Origin: Anthoceros angustus
Lineage: Eukaryota > Plantae > Anthocerotophyta
Direction: 5' to 3'
Length of the DNA stretch: 48,759 nt
NCBI GenBank assembly: GCA_010909165.1
Contig: MU008241.1
Location: forward strand, 1 to 48,759
Shown here: positions 12,273-25,318 of the stretch, piece after piece
Layout: every line of letters begins with the position of its first letter
Numbering within the stretch: the stretch's first letter is position 1
Position numbers and translations under genes: made by a program
Notes under the pieces: model-generated
Database searches by the model: none
Seen by the model: the letters and a program-made list of their open reading frames with translations, nothing else
Told to the model about the DNA's origin: nothing

Positions 12273-13645
12273 ATGCCTCGAGCAGGGAAAGGCAAGGGGA
12301 AGGCGGCGCCCGCCAAGGGCTCATCCTCGGGAGGAGGAAAGGGCAAGAAGCCAGCAGCAGGAGCCGCGCCGCCAGGCGGAGGGGAATTCGAGATGCCACA
12401 ATTCACGTGTTTTGTAGGGCAACTCAACCCCAGGAATTTGGTGGATTTCAGGCAGTGGGCGGAGGAAGAAAACATCCAACTGGAATGGGTGTATGGCCGC
12501 AAGTGGGCCTACACCAATTTAGAGTTGATTGAGGAGTGTTACATCAACCTTCATCAATCAGGCGTACTGCCTTGTTGGAGAAGCTCGAACCACTTGTTGG
12601 ATTTGGAGCATTCGGCGGTGTATGGAAGGCGAGGAGGAGAGCTCCTGATTGCTCTCCTTGAGAGGACAAATGGAGAGGGAGAAATTTCCCGAAATCCCAC
12701 AAGAGGTCTTAGACATGATGGATGGGAGTGAAGGCCACGCCAAGAAGCGGCTGGAAGGCAAACTGACATCAAGGAGTCAAGTGGAGGCTCTTTGCCAAAA
12801 TTGTCCTGGGGTTGGTGAATTACCAACGGACTTCTTATTTCAACACCAACTTCCTCCGATTTTTGTGGAAGATTTCGCGAGGAGCTAAGCCGGATTGGGG
12901 CACCATCATGTATGAGGCCTACATCCATCACAAGGAGAAACTCCTTAGGGCGAACTCCGTGGATGAAGAAGGGCCAAGGCCATGTTACCTCAGCACCTAT
13001 TTGGTGCACTTGTGGGAAACGGAGGGGCTCTTGACCAGCAAAGAGCTTGAGGATGCTTGGCATCCTTTCGAGATCATTCACCTCTAGCCAAGCTTAGAGC
13101 GGCCTTTGCCCTTCGCTCTAAGGAAGACCATGGGAGGGCAGACCTCCACAAGCACGCCGGGTCCGAGGATTGAAGAGGTGGAGGCAAGCGAGGTTCTTGA
13201 GTGGGAGCCTTTCCCCACAAGGAGGCCGGAGGAGGAGAGCAAATCCGGCCATAGAGGGCCGGTGGTAGTCTATGAGGGGGACTACCACGGTGGGTGGCTG
13301 ACCCAAGGGTGGGAGGAGTCCCCACCATTTCATGGGTGCAGTGAGGAGGCACCCTCTACCCCGTAGGTAGGCGGACTCATTGGTAGCCTACCACCAGTGA
13401 GCAATCAGGAGCCGCAGTAGGGGTTCCCTACGCGGTGGCGAGCCCGGTGAGCTAGCGTCTGGCGGTGGGAAGAGGAAGGAAGGCAGCCTTGAGCTGAGGC
13501 GAGCCGCCATCACCAGCTAGGCGGAAAGGCGGATGGGGCGGTGAGGCCTCGCCCGGCCGATGGCCCAGGGAATGCGGGAGGTGGGTGTTCCAGCAAGAGG
13601 CCGACAGTGAGATTAGGGCTAGGAGCATGTCCCGAGAGTTTGAGG
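12273..13645 (+). pseudogene. Gypsy family G extra ORF downstream of pol (N-terminal half; unknown function)
   Basis: ATG-initiated K/G-rich start (MPRAGKGKGK...), continuing through frameshifted ORFs 12649-13366. Its distal part is similar to 31560-32095 (VVIY.G.., SSKRPT). Confidence 0.6.
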
Positions 13646-13649
13646 TGCT

Positions 13650-16600
13650 GCGGGCGTTTGATCAAGTTTAGTGCTTTACTAATTGATACAATTGATTACA
13701 AGAGGTGGGCTTTTATAGCACAGTAGAAGAGTTGTACCTCTTCGGTACAAGATACCAAAGGTATGACCACTTGGGTTTAGCTAAGGTAACCATAACCAAT
13801 GCATGCTTCTAACTCTCCCTCTCGGACTAGTTGGGTTATCTAAATCAAAGAACTAATAATCATTTGCCTGGAGTATTGTATAAGTACTACGGTCTTCAAC
13901 TAAACTCAACTCACCGATCGTCACCGGTCAAGTAAGATTGAAGCAAGCGGTCTACAATAGTCAACTTCAAATCGAACGTTACGAGATAAGATCGCCTCAA
14001 ATGTGTGGTGGTCCGGCTTCAAAAAGTCACATCAACCAATCCAAGCCCTTCTCTGTGGGCAGTGTTTGAACTTCGCAAGGATTTTGTCGATTATATCTGT
14101 ATTGTCATACGTGGGTACATCTTTATACCTTAACAATTCCTCTCTCAGCAGCGTCACGAATATAATGGTGTTGAATCTCAATATGCTTCGTGCGCGCATG
14201 AAAGACAGGATTAGCGACAAGAGCAATGGCTGACATATTGTCACAATTAAGCACTGTTGGCCCTTCCTGCTTCATATCCAAATCTTCACATAGCTTTCTT
14301 TCCCATTCCCTCTTTCGGCTTGGAGTGCTTTGTACTCGATTACATTGATGAAAGTGATATTGCAGCTTGTTTTCTACAAGACCAATTAACTGTGAAGCCG
14401 CAAGAAAGCAATATCGAGATACTTTTGGTGTCGGTCCAAGCCCAATCTGCATCGACAAAGCATGTCGATGTGCTTCTTTCCAGGCTTGAAGCGAGGCCAT
14501 AATTTGGAGTACCCTTGAGGTACGCATGATGCGCTTGAGAGCAACCCGGTGATCCTTTCCCGGATTCTCGAGCAATAGCATTTCTGATTTGAGATATCAG
14601 TGCAGTCGATTACTCAAGAACATGAGAGTACCAACTCCCATACGATAAGGAATATTTTCCATCTCTTTCTTTTCCTGTTGATTGTGGGCAGCGGATGAAA
14701 GCACCTCGGCGCCGGTGTGGGCCGCGTGCATTCTCCAAATTGAAGCGTTTTAACATACCACTACATATCTTCCTTGATGGAGATAGATAGCACCGATGGT
14801 ATCTCTATGTACATGCATACCAAGAATATATTTAACTTTGCCGAGATCCTTCATCTCGAATTCTTTACTAAGGTCGACTTTAATCTTGTTAACTAGTTCA
14901 ATATTGTTGCGGGAATAACTAAGTCATCAACATATAGTGCAACCACAAAGGCTGTCCTTGCGAGTACATAGATATTGGTGTCGCTTCACTTTGGATAAAC
15001 CTATCTTCTTGAGGTAAGAGTCCATTCTCTCATACCATAAAGCGTGGGCTTTGCTTTAGTAAATAGAATGAATAAGTTTACACACCTTGTTTGGGTATTG
15101 CTCATCTTCATAGTCTTGGTTGATCCATATAGATCTCTTCTTTGATGACCATAAAGGAAAGCGGTACAAACATCAAGTGATAAATTTCAGTTAAGCTCGG
15201 CACATAAAGCCGAGCATTCTCAAGCACCTTGACTACGGTGAATAAACCTTATCGCCCTGATAGTCCACTCCCTCTTTCTGACTATAACCCTTAGCCACTA
15301 GTCTCGCCTTATAGCGAATACGAGGGTCAACCTCCTGGAATTTAGTTTTGAGAACCCACTTACATTTGACAGTAGTTCTGCCTTTAGGCAAGTTTACTAG
15401 AGTCCAAGTATTGTTTTTATAAGAGAATTATATTCATCATCAATAGCGAACTTCCACTTAGCTGATGAATATGGTTGCGAATATGCCTCTTGAAGAGTGA
15501 GAGGATCTCCCTCTGAAGGGGCAACATTGAAGGCGTTGAAATGACCTACAGCAGTGGTGGTGTAGACATTGAACTCTAAATCAAAGGGATCATTCCAGGT
15601 GTCTCGGTTGTGATGGCCGAAGGATACCCGCTCATGGATCAAGTATTACGGAGAAGGTGGAGCGAGGCATCTGGGTCTTGTGGATTAAGAGCACCAAAGT
15701 CTTCTGTTTTCATAAGGATCAACAATGGCTGTTCATCTTCCCCCTCTCGAGCAGGAACAATAGGTATAGGTGCTGCTTGAGGTGAAGAGGCCAGGGATGG
15801 AGCAAAGTTGCGGGACAGTCAACAGAGGGCTGAGTCAAAAACTCAGGCATAAGGTCACCTTGGTCGGAAGAAGCGTGTCGTCAAGGAGCCCGGAATCCAT
15901 GGACTCGAGCGGCGGATGCTAGCGAGCCTCATCAAAAGTGGTCGAGCATATACAATAGCATGGGTATCCAAGTCAACCGGTTTATAAGCCTTACGGTCCT
16001 CGCCATAGCCACAAATACCGACTTGCGAGCACAGCGGCTTGTCGAGAAGGAATATTAGCATAGGCGGGGGCAAAATCGAAGATGAGTAATAAGAGGCTTA
16101 TATCCATGCCAGACTCAAAGGGTGTCGGCGGGACTTGGAAAGAACCCTGCGGAATCGCCATAACCGCCCGGGAAGGGTTTGGGGGCGGCGGGCTAGCATG
16201 GCGGGCCATGGCGAGCGGTCTGGCCTTTTCAACCCCATTCCGAAGTATAGGGAACCAAAACGGCGGATAATCCCCTCTCAAGACGAAGTCCTTAAATTGC
16301 GGTTATTTAATTCTCCGCATTGTCGATCTAATGCAAAGCTTGCAACCGGTTTGCTCGACCATAGTGACAAAAGGAGTAAAGGAGCCGAAGGAATCACTCT
16401 TCAACTTGAGCGGAATAGCAAAGGTATAGCGACTAGTCATCAACAATAGTCATAAAGTGCGGCGCCAAGTGAAGGGAGAGTGGACCACAAAGATCAACAT
16501 GGACCAACTCCAAGGGGTGAGTAGCGACGGCGGTGAGTAGGATAGGGAAGCTACGTTGTTTAGCATATATACAAGGTTCACATAACGGAGGAGTCATGAA

Positions 16601-17940
16601 AAGTGTGGTAGCTTATCCCTAAATAAATCCCTAGACATCTCTAAAAGCTTATCATGATTAATATGTCCAAGCCGAGAATGCCATAATAGGAGTCACCTTT
16701 GCGAGAACTCTCCTCTGAGCATGGCCATTACTGGTCGAGGGTGATCACCACGTGGAGAAGACATAGAGGTCATCGCGGACGACCTCTAGCAACCCGCGAC
16801 CGGGGGAATAGATCTTGTGAGGCAATCGCCTCGCCGAACTCTAGCCTGAAAGTCCTTCACCAAGTGTCGGACGGAGATAAGATTCGCCATTTGCGGAACA
16901 TGTAGCACATCACTTAAAAGAAGGGCGAACCATCTTCAAGAGTAAAAATAAAGTGCAGTGCCGCAATAGTAAGGCCGGAGTCATCAGAAGAACAAAACGC
17001 GTTGATCTTGGTAGAGATAATCGAGAAACATATGGTGATGGCGGATGTCGGTGAGTCCAATAGCCAAGAGGTCTTATATTGAAGCTACCAATGTGAGGCA
17101 ATGTCGGCTGTTTACGCTTGGAGGTCGAGGCCATATTAGCGGACTTGGAAGGCGTCGAGGCTCACTTTCTTCTTCTTGCGGTCGGGCTCCGGTGGCACAG
17201 ATCGCACGATTGCAAGTAGGCTTGCTGGAACCCCGAGCTTGGAGAAGGAAGGACCGAGAAGGAGCGGAGAAGCGCGATGAAGGGCCGTCTCTCAGTGGAG
17301 GAGGACGGCGTCAGCTTGTGGCGTTGACGGCCTTTGCTACGAACATAACTCGTTCACCACCATGCTTGAAGTGCGGCGTTGAATCAAAGCCTCCTCTTGA
17401 AGGAGGCGGCAATTTCGGAGATGGAAATGTTGGGTGTCTGACGGCCTTTACTGATGAGCCTCTCGAGCGTGCCATTACGAGAGGACACAAATGCTTGAAA
17501 TGGCGGGAAGGGAGGCCGTGGTTGGACACAAGCTTCAAATTCCGATAAGGGGTGCCTAAAGCGACAAGCTGGGCCGAAGATATCGAAACTTCCAACATAA
17601 GTACCAATGCTCTCATTATTATGCATGCGTAATAAAATTAGATTACGCTGTTATAATGTCATAACATTGGTAGATTGAAAAATATCTACTAGCCAAACTT
17701 CAGCAGTAGCCCCATCAAAATGATGAAGAGTGACTTCATCGAGGCCGAATAAGGATATGCATAGCAAGCTTGTCTTGTTTCAACCAGAGTCGAGGCGAGG
17801 CCCAGTGGGCTTGACAGTTCCATCAACTATGCCAATTAGATCTACGGTATTTAAGGCGAGCATACGTTTGGACCATATTTTGAACTTAGTGCCGTCAAAG
17901 CGGTCATAGAATCTCAACCCGAGGGTCACCCGATGAAGAA
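13650..17940 (-). mobile_element. Ty1/Copia element B, 5'-truncated (gag-pol, PPT, 3' LTR ~13650-13813)
   Basis: Minus strand: RFDGTKFKIWSKRML gag start, WHSRLGH, integrase remnants, YKARLVAKG, LYVDDL, CDNMSAIALVANPVFHARTKHIEI. PPT complement TCTCCCTCT at 13814. Confidence 0.88.
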
Positions 17941-18280
17941 GAAGGAATGGGGACCAAACTACCATGGTAGAGTAGTCGGACTACCCAGTGGTCACCGGAC
18001 TTGATGAGATGAAAGCAGCGACCAGCGGGCGGGCGTGGGCGAGACACACGAGTGCGTGGAGGCGATTCTTTGGAGGATGAAGCGGAACCAAGGCGCCACC
18101 CGCGAGCGAGGAGGAAGCAACATGTGCCACAAGCTAGGAAGAAGGCAATTTGGGAGGGGACAAGAGCAAAAGAGGGGCGAGAGGCCAATCCACGAGGAGG
18201 CCGTCCACCCAGTGAGGATGAGGACTAGAGTATGGTCAAAGGCCATAAATGAACTTGGAGAGAATAGGAAGGATGGGTGA

Positions 18281-19280
18281 GATAGGGTGACATCCTTTAA
18301 GGATGATCTTAGGTGAAGTTGCTAGAATGGAATTTACCTAATCGAATGATGAGACTTGGATGCTAGGTCTTAAATGCTGTGAGGAAATAATAGAATATTG
18401 GAAAAGGTGACTGCGGTAGGTCACCCAAGGGAGGTCAGTAGGAGACCTCCTATAAGAGGAGGAGGATTTCACAAAGTAAATTATCATGTCTTGCGCTTCC
18501 ATACTCCGAGTCCTTTGCTCTTATAAAAGGAATTTCGTGCCGGTATGAAAAGATCAGTAGAGAGGAAATCGCGGTGGTCGGAGTGCTTGGTGGGGCTTGC
18601 TTCATAGCGCCTAAATGAGTTGCTCCCCTTGTGAATGGTTGCTGTGAAATTGCTTTGCTTTGGGTGTGGCAATGCCTGGGAACTCGGCTAGAGGTTGATC
18701 CACAGGGAAAGACTCCCTGGAGGTGCTCTCCATTCGTGTCAAACTCATAGCCCGTGAGGAAGAACTTCTTTGGTGGAGGCCGACCCAGGCGGTTGTCGTG
18801 AGGCGAGTCAAAAGCCCGATGGCCCAGCGAGGTTAGAATAGGAGGAAGAGGATGAGGAGATGAGTAGAGGATTAGAGGTGTGGTGTTGGTGGAAGGCACA
18901 GGTAGAGCCTGAGGAATGATCCCAAATCACCAAGTAAAAGGCTCCCCACAGGTGGAGAGTTGGTCTTGAAGTAGGGACAGTGCCGGCGCGGATGGGGGTC
19001 CCACAGGCGCCCATGGTAGGCTCCCCTTTGGCTAAGGCGGGACTGCAATGGTGTCGTTGTAGGTTGAGGTGGTAGTCTTCGGAGGCGGTCAAGTGAGTGC
19101 AGTGCATGGGGAGTAGTGAGGCGCCTTGCTTGTTTAGAAGCTGAAGTTGTGTCACCGCTGCGGAAGCGATTGGTTATCACAAGACCTCACCACTGAGTCT
19201 CATGGGAACGAAACCCAACGTCTGAGCGGTGGGATAAGTGTGGCGCTAGAGGCCTCGGGAAGCCCAGGGGTTTTCCCTAT
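18281..19280 (+). repeat. Gypsy family G LTR, copy 2 (3' LTR, preceded by PPT)
   Basis: Reverse-complement similarity to 459-1465 and 22033-23106; purine tract at 18258-18278. Confidence 0.8.
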
Positions 19281-21240
19281 GATGTATACCTCATCCATGT
19301 TGTCTTGCTCTACATCGTGGTGTCTTGACTGAGTATACCCTTCGTGTGCTTTCATGATCTCCCACAATAGGTGTTTTTTCTCCATGTGATTGCAACCCTT
19401 CCTTCCCTCACCTTAGAGTCCCAGTCCACTGGCTTGAAGTGAATCTCCTTTCTCCCGAAGTGTAGCTTCTTTTGAGCCAGTCCAAGCCAGGGCCGTCCCA
19501 ACAGCACCTCATACCCCAATGGTCCTGCCGGTTTGATAACTACGAAATCCAACGTATAAGGTGCGCCGGCTATGGTGGCTAGGACTCCAGTTCCCCTGCT
19601 GGATCTCGCCTTGACATGTCCGCCATCGTCAGGGTCTTGGTTGAGGGTTCGAAAGTGGTGAACCCCAACCTCCTAGCCATGGCCTCCGTGATGAGGTTGA
19701 CACCCAACCCCGTGTCAAAAGGTACATCCTTAATGATACACCTGGCGATTTCCACCTATACCACTGGCACTCCCGGTCTGTATGGAACACCACCCTCACC
19801 TCCACGGTGTCGTTTTTCCGGGATGTGGTGCTTCGGCGCGGTTGCGTCTCCCGAATGGCCCGACGGACCTCCTGGCGATACTTCGGGTTGTCCCTCAACA
19901 GCTGCCGGAACGACACCAGGTGTTGTTGATTCATCATCAGGTTCGCCACGTTGAAGGGGGTGGGGGTCTTTGTAGGCCCCCGGGGTAGCTGCTGCAGCCT
20001 ACTGGGCTCTCCCTCCGAAGCCCCTCCAGCCATTCGCGTCCGGACGGCCTCCGGATACTGGCGCATTTCCTCCTGTAGCATTTCCGTTACCTCCCGGACA
20101 ACATCCGGCAGAAATTGGGGTGCTACCTTGGGGGGACCCACCTCTTCTTCTTTCTCCTGCCCAGGAGAACTCTCTTCGGGTAATTCCTCGGGTAGAGTTG
20201 CCCGTATCAACTCTCCTTCATTGGCCGGATCTTTTACTGCCCTTCCAGCTTGGCTACCGTCCTCAGTGTCCGTAGCACTCCCTCCCGTCTTCTTCCGCTT
20301 CAACTGTCTTCTTACCTGTCTCTCTCTCTGGCGACTATGGGTAGATACCTCCAAAACCTCGGCGCCGTCCTCCCTCTCCTTCGGACCAACCGTACCTCCC
20401 TCACTCCTCACTGGCTTCGGACCCCTGGGAACCTCCTCCCACTCCGCAAGTTGCGCATCTTCGATTTGCAGTACGGGAGCGGTCTTGCAAGTGAGCGGCG
20501 TGGGCGGTCGGGTTTCTCCAGCTGGCGTGGCATAGCGTACCATCCTCGTACGGGGGTTTGGACTGGCGTGTTGCCATGTGTCCAAACTTTTTTGAAGCAT
20601 GCGTCCGAAATTTCGATCGCGCAGATCCTCCTCGCTGTGGAAGAGGAAACGCGCATGACGCGCTGTCACGAGGAAAGCCCCGGCTGTCTCGGCGAGAAGC
20701 GCTGCCTCACACACGGTCTTTGGCACGCGCTGGGCGGCCACATTGCCGCCTTCCTCGCCAATGTCACGTTGCAGGAAACCCTCGACGGCATTCCGCCCGC
20801 GAAGCTGGCGCGCGGCGTCTCGGCCAGCGTGCAGGTCGCGGCTGAATGACGAACCGGCACANNNNNNNNNNNNNNNNNNNNNNNNNNNNNNNNNNNNNNN
20901 NNNNNNNNNNNNNNNNNNNNNNNNNNNNNGTCTCCTCCTCTTTCTCTGACGAGACCTCCGACTCCTCGTCCTCCTCTTCTGAGGACTCCTCCTCCTCGGA
21001 ATCCGAACTCCTTCTCTTCTTCTTCTTCTTGCCCCCCTGGGTAGATTTCTTCTTCCTTTGGTGCAACGATTCCTCGTAGTTCTCAACCGCTCTAACCGCC
21101 TTGTCCACATCCTTCTTGGCTAGTAGCTGGACGTGCTAAGCCATGGGTTTGGCTAATCCGGCCGCGAACCACCGTACCGCCTGCATGGTGGTGTGAGTAG
21201 AACTGCTCGATGTATGAGCCCAACTTCTCCTTTTTACCCC
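19281..21240 (-). pseudogene. Gypsy gag C-part, zinc knuckle and aspartic protease (fragment)
   Basis: K/S/E-rich gag tail, knuckle remnants, protease-like IIKDVPFDTGLGVNLITEAMARRLG and YEVLLGRPWL. Confidence 0.8.
20862..20929. other. Assembly gap (68 N)
   Basis: Run of N. Confidence 0.99.
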
Positions 21241-22025
21241 TCTTCAAGTTTTGGCTGTTAGGATGACCTAAGCGACAATGCCAAAGTGTGGTGTTGGAGA
21301 AGGTGGCAGAATTGTGGGTGGCTACACTACATTCATGGTATGTAAAGGAACCACTTGGACTGACAGTTTATATAGACCGTCCTCTAGTGTCGGAGCAGAT
21401 GGTATAAAACTTACTTGTGAGATAAGAAATAAGACAAATATCTACGTGAAGAATAACTTGCATGCTATGATCGGAACATAAGCTAGCGGCAAACACTAGG
21501 TTTTTGCACATGGATGGTACGTGAAGGACATGGGAAAGAGAGAGACCTTGGCCTGAAGAGCATCTGAGAACAACTGAACCTACACCAGAGATGGGGAGGT
21601 TGTGATCATCGCCAATAGACGAGTTTGGTGTCACATGGGTAAATAAGACTCAAAGAGTTTTTGTTGTAGCGGATATGTGATGTAGCTCCCTTGTCATCGA
21701 GAATTGGTTTGATGGCTTTGATGATGCCATCACCGACAATAAAATATGGTGTTGTGGAAGATTGTTTCTTCACTACAACATGTGCTCCAGGTGCGGCCTC
21801 CTTCCTAGGCTCGCCGTTCTTCTTTTTCTTGCAGTCCTTCTCCATATGATTTGGAATTCTGCACCAATTACAAATAATAACTCCAGTCTTCTTATTACCT
21901 TTTGTAGGTGTTGAAGAAGACGAGGATTCGCCGCCGAGTCAATATTGGTTGGGATTGGGTCGTGAAGAAACAAGTCCTCTACCACGGCCTCGGCCTCGAT
22001 CTCTTCCTCTACCCCTTCCAGTGAA
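21240..22025 (-). pseudogene. Copia gag zinc knuckle/protease fragment
   Basis: GRGRGRG tract, NHMEKDCKKKK knuckle end, LDDKGATSH, GDDHNLPISGVGSV...LSHVLHVPSMCKNLV. Confidence 0.8.
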
Positions 22026-22032
22026 CATCACA

Positions 22033-23106
22033 TGCGGAGGAAAATCCCGGGCTTAGAGATTCACCTCTGCGCCCACACTTATCCCACTTGCCGTTTAAAT
22101 ACGTTGGGTTTCGTCCCATGAGACTTGTGTGAACGGTCGGATCTTGGGAAATCGATCACGCACTCTACACACTACCTCATTTCCCTAAACAAGCAAGGCA
22201 CCCACTACTCTCCCTCACGTTGCACACACCTGCTCCTTCACTCAATCCTCGACCTACAATGACACCATACAATTGCAGGTCATGCCTTAGCAGCAGGGAG
22301 TCTATCACGAGCGCGCCCAGGGACCCCTTGGCCCACACCGCAATTTCGTCCCTACTCCTAAGACCAATCTTCTCCCCACAGGGAGCGCCCTCTTACTGCA
22401 TATTTGGGATTCGTTCTGTAGCCTATGGCCTTCCGTTTTTCCTACACTCTAAGCTCCCTCACAACCTTCTCAATCAACAACGCTCTCTCCTTCTCTACTC
22501 ATCTACCCTTCCTCCTTCCACGATCTCCTACTCTAATGCCGTTTGCTTGGCTCATTAATTCCAACTCGCTATACAGCTGGCACAGTCCGTCCAAAATTAG
22601 CAGAAGTTCTTCCTTGGGCGGTTGCTAGTGTGGTTTGCAGATTGAGAGAACCTCCAGAGTCTTTCCTCATGAGTCTACCCTCAGAGTTCCTTGAGCATCG
22701 CCACACACTCAAAGCAAAACAATTCACGGCAACCATTCTACAGTGAGCGGTGGCGGGCGCTGCGGTGAACAAGCCCTCCGCCCCACCACTCAGGCCAGTG
22801 GCGTACTCCCTCTGTGCAGGCCATTTGCATTGGCTTGTGATGCAGTCACGCACACAAAGCGAAGGACTCGGGAGGATGGGAGCGCAAGACACGATAATTT
22901 TACTTCACAAACTCCCTCCTTTTATAGGGAGGACCTGTACATACAACCTCCCTTGGGTGGGCCTGCTGCAGGCCACCTTTCTCAATATTTTATAATTTCT
23001 TACCGCTAGCATTTAAGTTCTGGCATCCAAGTCTGCTGTCTGATTTCGGGTAAATTCTATTCTAGCAAGTTCACCTATGTCAACCTTGGAATAACTTCAG
23101 TCTACA
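22033..23106 (-). repeat. Gypsy family G LTR, copy 3
   Basis: Begins TGTAGAC and ends ...CCGCA on the minus strand; similar to 459-1465. Confidence 0.8.
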
Positions 23107-23978
23107 CCACCTATCCTTCCCACTTCCCAAAGTGCATTAATGGGCATTGACCAACTTGAGTCCTTATCTTGCTGAGGCGGTGACGTGTTCCCTGTTGGTT
23201 GGCTTTCTCATCCTCGTTTTGCTCCTGCCACCTCCCCAGTTTCTGTCTTCTTCCTGACTTGTGGGGCAAGAATCTTCTTGTCCCTTCTTCCGCGTGGGCG
23301 CCTGATTCCCTGATTCTCCGGATAATTCGCCTCGCCCGTGCTCCAAGCGGCCTATCTTCCATTCTCCGTTGGTGCGCTCTTTCAAGGCACCCTTCCGATG
23401 TAGGTGGCGGCCCTCAGGGTAAGTTGGCCTCCTACCATGGTAGGTTGGTCCCTTTCCTCCATGCTGTTCTCCTGTCTTCACCTTGGAGAAAACTTCATGG
23501 GCTAATGTCTTCTTGGCTCCCTTGCCTGCTGTTTGGTTTGTCCATACCTATCATGGAGCATTCCCAAAAGACCCCTTTTCCCCCAGTCGTGGCTCACCAA
23601 TGTCTCCTCCCTAGTGATTCCTCCGGGCCTTCTTCGTGTTGGACTCCTTCCCGGGTCCCGATTCTTCCCTTGATCATGGGGTGTGAGAATTTCTCACCCC
23701 TTCTCCTGTTCCGACGGGGCGGACCCCATCCTTGGTCTCCTCCGGCGGCTGTCCCTTATCAACCACCTTGTCATCTTTCCTGTGCTTTGGATCCCCGGCC
23801 TTCCATCCTCTACAAGGCCCCATGGCTGCTTCTGCCTCGGACCTCGTTCGTGGGTCCACCTTCCCGCGATAGGGCTGCCTACTCTACAGGTAGGCGGTCT
23901 CCCTCAGTGGTAGGTTGACCCCCTGCACTTCCCGCGCCATCTCCTTCCTTCTGCTATTTCCTCTCCCTCTCTCCTTCA

Positions 23979-24183
23979 TGTGCGTTTACATGATTGGTAG
24001 GCTAGACATTCAGATGAACATAAGGAAAAAAGGAACTGGTACATTACAACGATAAGAGAACAAGGATATATTGTCCAAGTCTCACGAACGGTTACAACTA
24101 ATAACTGTCATTAGGGTTTTGAGTAAACCTATCGACCTAGGTATATAACAATGTAACATAAGTAATATTTAACTATTCTAACA
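23979..24183 (-). repeat. Copia C 3' LTR
   Basis: Adjacent to the PPT; repeat of 30298-30509. Confidence 0.95.
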
Positions 24184-24355
24184 CCCCCTCTCATTGTATA
24201 TACAGCTAAAAGCCTAAACGGGAATAATAGCTGAAATCTAAAAAACGGTAACACGCAAGCCCCGCAGTCTGAACTCCTTTAATACTACGCTCCAGCTTCA
24301 GCTACTGAGCTTCAGCTCACGAATCCTCCTAACATATTCACGCTTCCGTTGCGCC

Positions 24356-25235
24356 ATGGCTGGATCCAAAGCTGCTCCAATTGACCTATCTGATCCTGAA
24401 TATGACGAGCCAGATACGGGATACCACAGCGCATCTGAGAGCGAGGCTCAGGCTGGTCACGCGAGCTTAGCACCTGCTTCACCTGTGAAGAAGGAGTCAC
24501 CTGGTACCACTGCCCTGAGACGCAAGCTCTGCAGATGTCCTGACGATGCTCCTCCTCACCTGCATCCTAAGCGGTGACAATCGAGGATGTCGGATAGGAG
24601 TCATGAGGCCGGCGTAAATGCATGATTGAAGCGGGAGAAAGGGAAGCTAAGCTGAGGCGGGAGGTGGCAAGACTCAAGCAGGCTGTAGCTACTTCTTCAA
24701 GACACCCTGCTTCATACAATCACAGCTTCGTCAAGACCAGAACAGAGAAGCTAACGGAGGCCCTCGACGTTGTCGTAATGCCTGAGAGCTACCGGCCCAG
24801 AGACTTTCAGATGCCCTTAGGCCACCTCTATAAGATGAAACGTGTGATTACTGACGGGGACGGAGCGGACGACCCCATGACCCCAGAGGTTTACATCTGC
24901 CCTACCTCTAAGGTCACCATGTTCAGGCAAAATTGGTTCAGATGGGGTGGACAAGACGGGAATTTTATTTCCTACTACGGTATGTACAGGTTCTACAGCT
25001 TGTCAAACACCTGCTCACTGTGACTTGACCTACTGCTAATGTCTGCTTTATGTGTGAGAGTCCAGTTTCACGGGAGAGAATGGCTGAGGAGTCAGGTATG
25101 GTCTGGATGGACGAGAATGAAGATGGGTCTGAGGAAGACAAACCAGACTTCGACCCAAATTTCGATGAGCTTCATGAGATGAGCAAGAGGGGAAAATCCA
25201 AATTCCTATCCCCCTCTAGCTCTGAAGAATTTTAG
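24356..25235 (+). CDS. Putative antisense two-exon gene inside Copia C (unknown protein, ~265-270 aa after repairing small indels)
   Basis: Consecutive + ORFs 24356-24577, 24622-25023 and 25050-25235. Good start context GCCATGG; donor G|GTATGT at 24980; branch CTAAT at 25036; degenerate acceptor near 25056. Confidence 0.55.
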
Positions 25236-25318
25236 ACCCTTAGACACAGACAGACCTAGGTAGAAAAGACACTGTTAGTGCAAGACTCTCCTACCTACTG
25301 CTCCTCAGACTACTGTAA

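Larger units (their letters stand above)
2700..19280 (+). mobile_element. Degenerate Ty3/Gypsy element (family G; non-chromovirus, Athila/Tat-like) interrupted by two Copia insertions
   Basis: Order on +: RT (2990-3740), RNase H split by Copia A, integrase, extra ORF, [Copia B], 3' region, PPT, LTR. The 5' LTR and gag are not visible. Joining the parts on either side of Copia B is an inference. Confidence 0.65.

Noticed and set aside
19951-20849. + strand ORFs of 194-199 aa
   Set aside because: Antisense shadows of the Gypsy gag region; partly in low-quality sequence near the gap.
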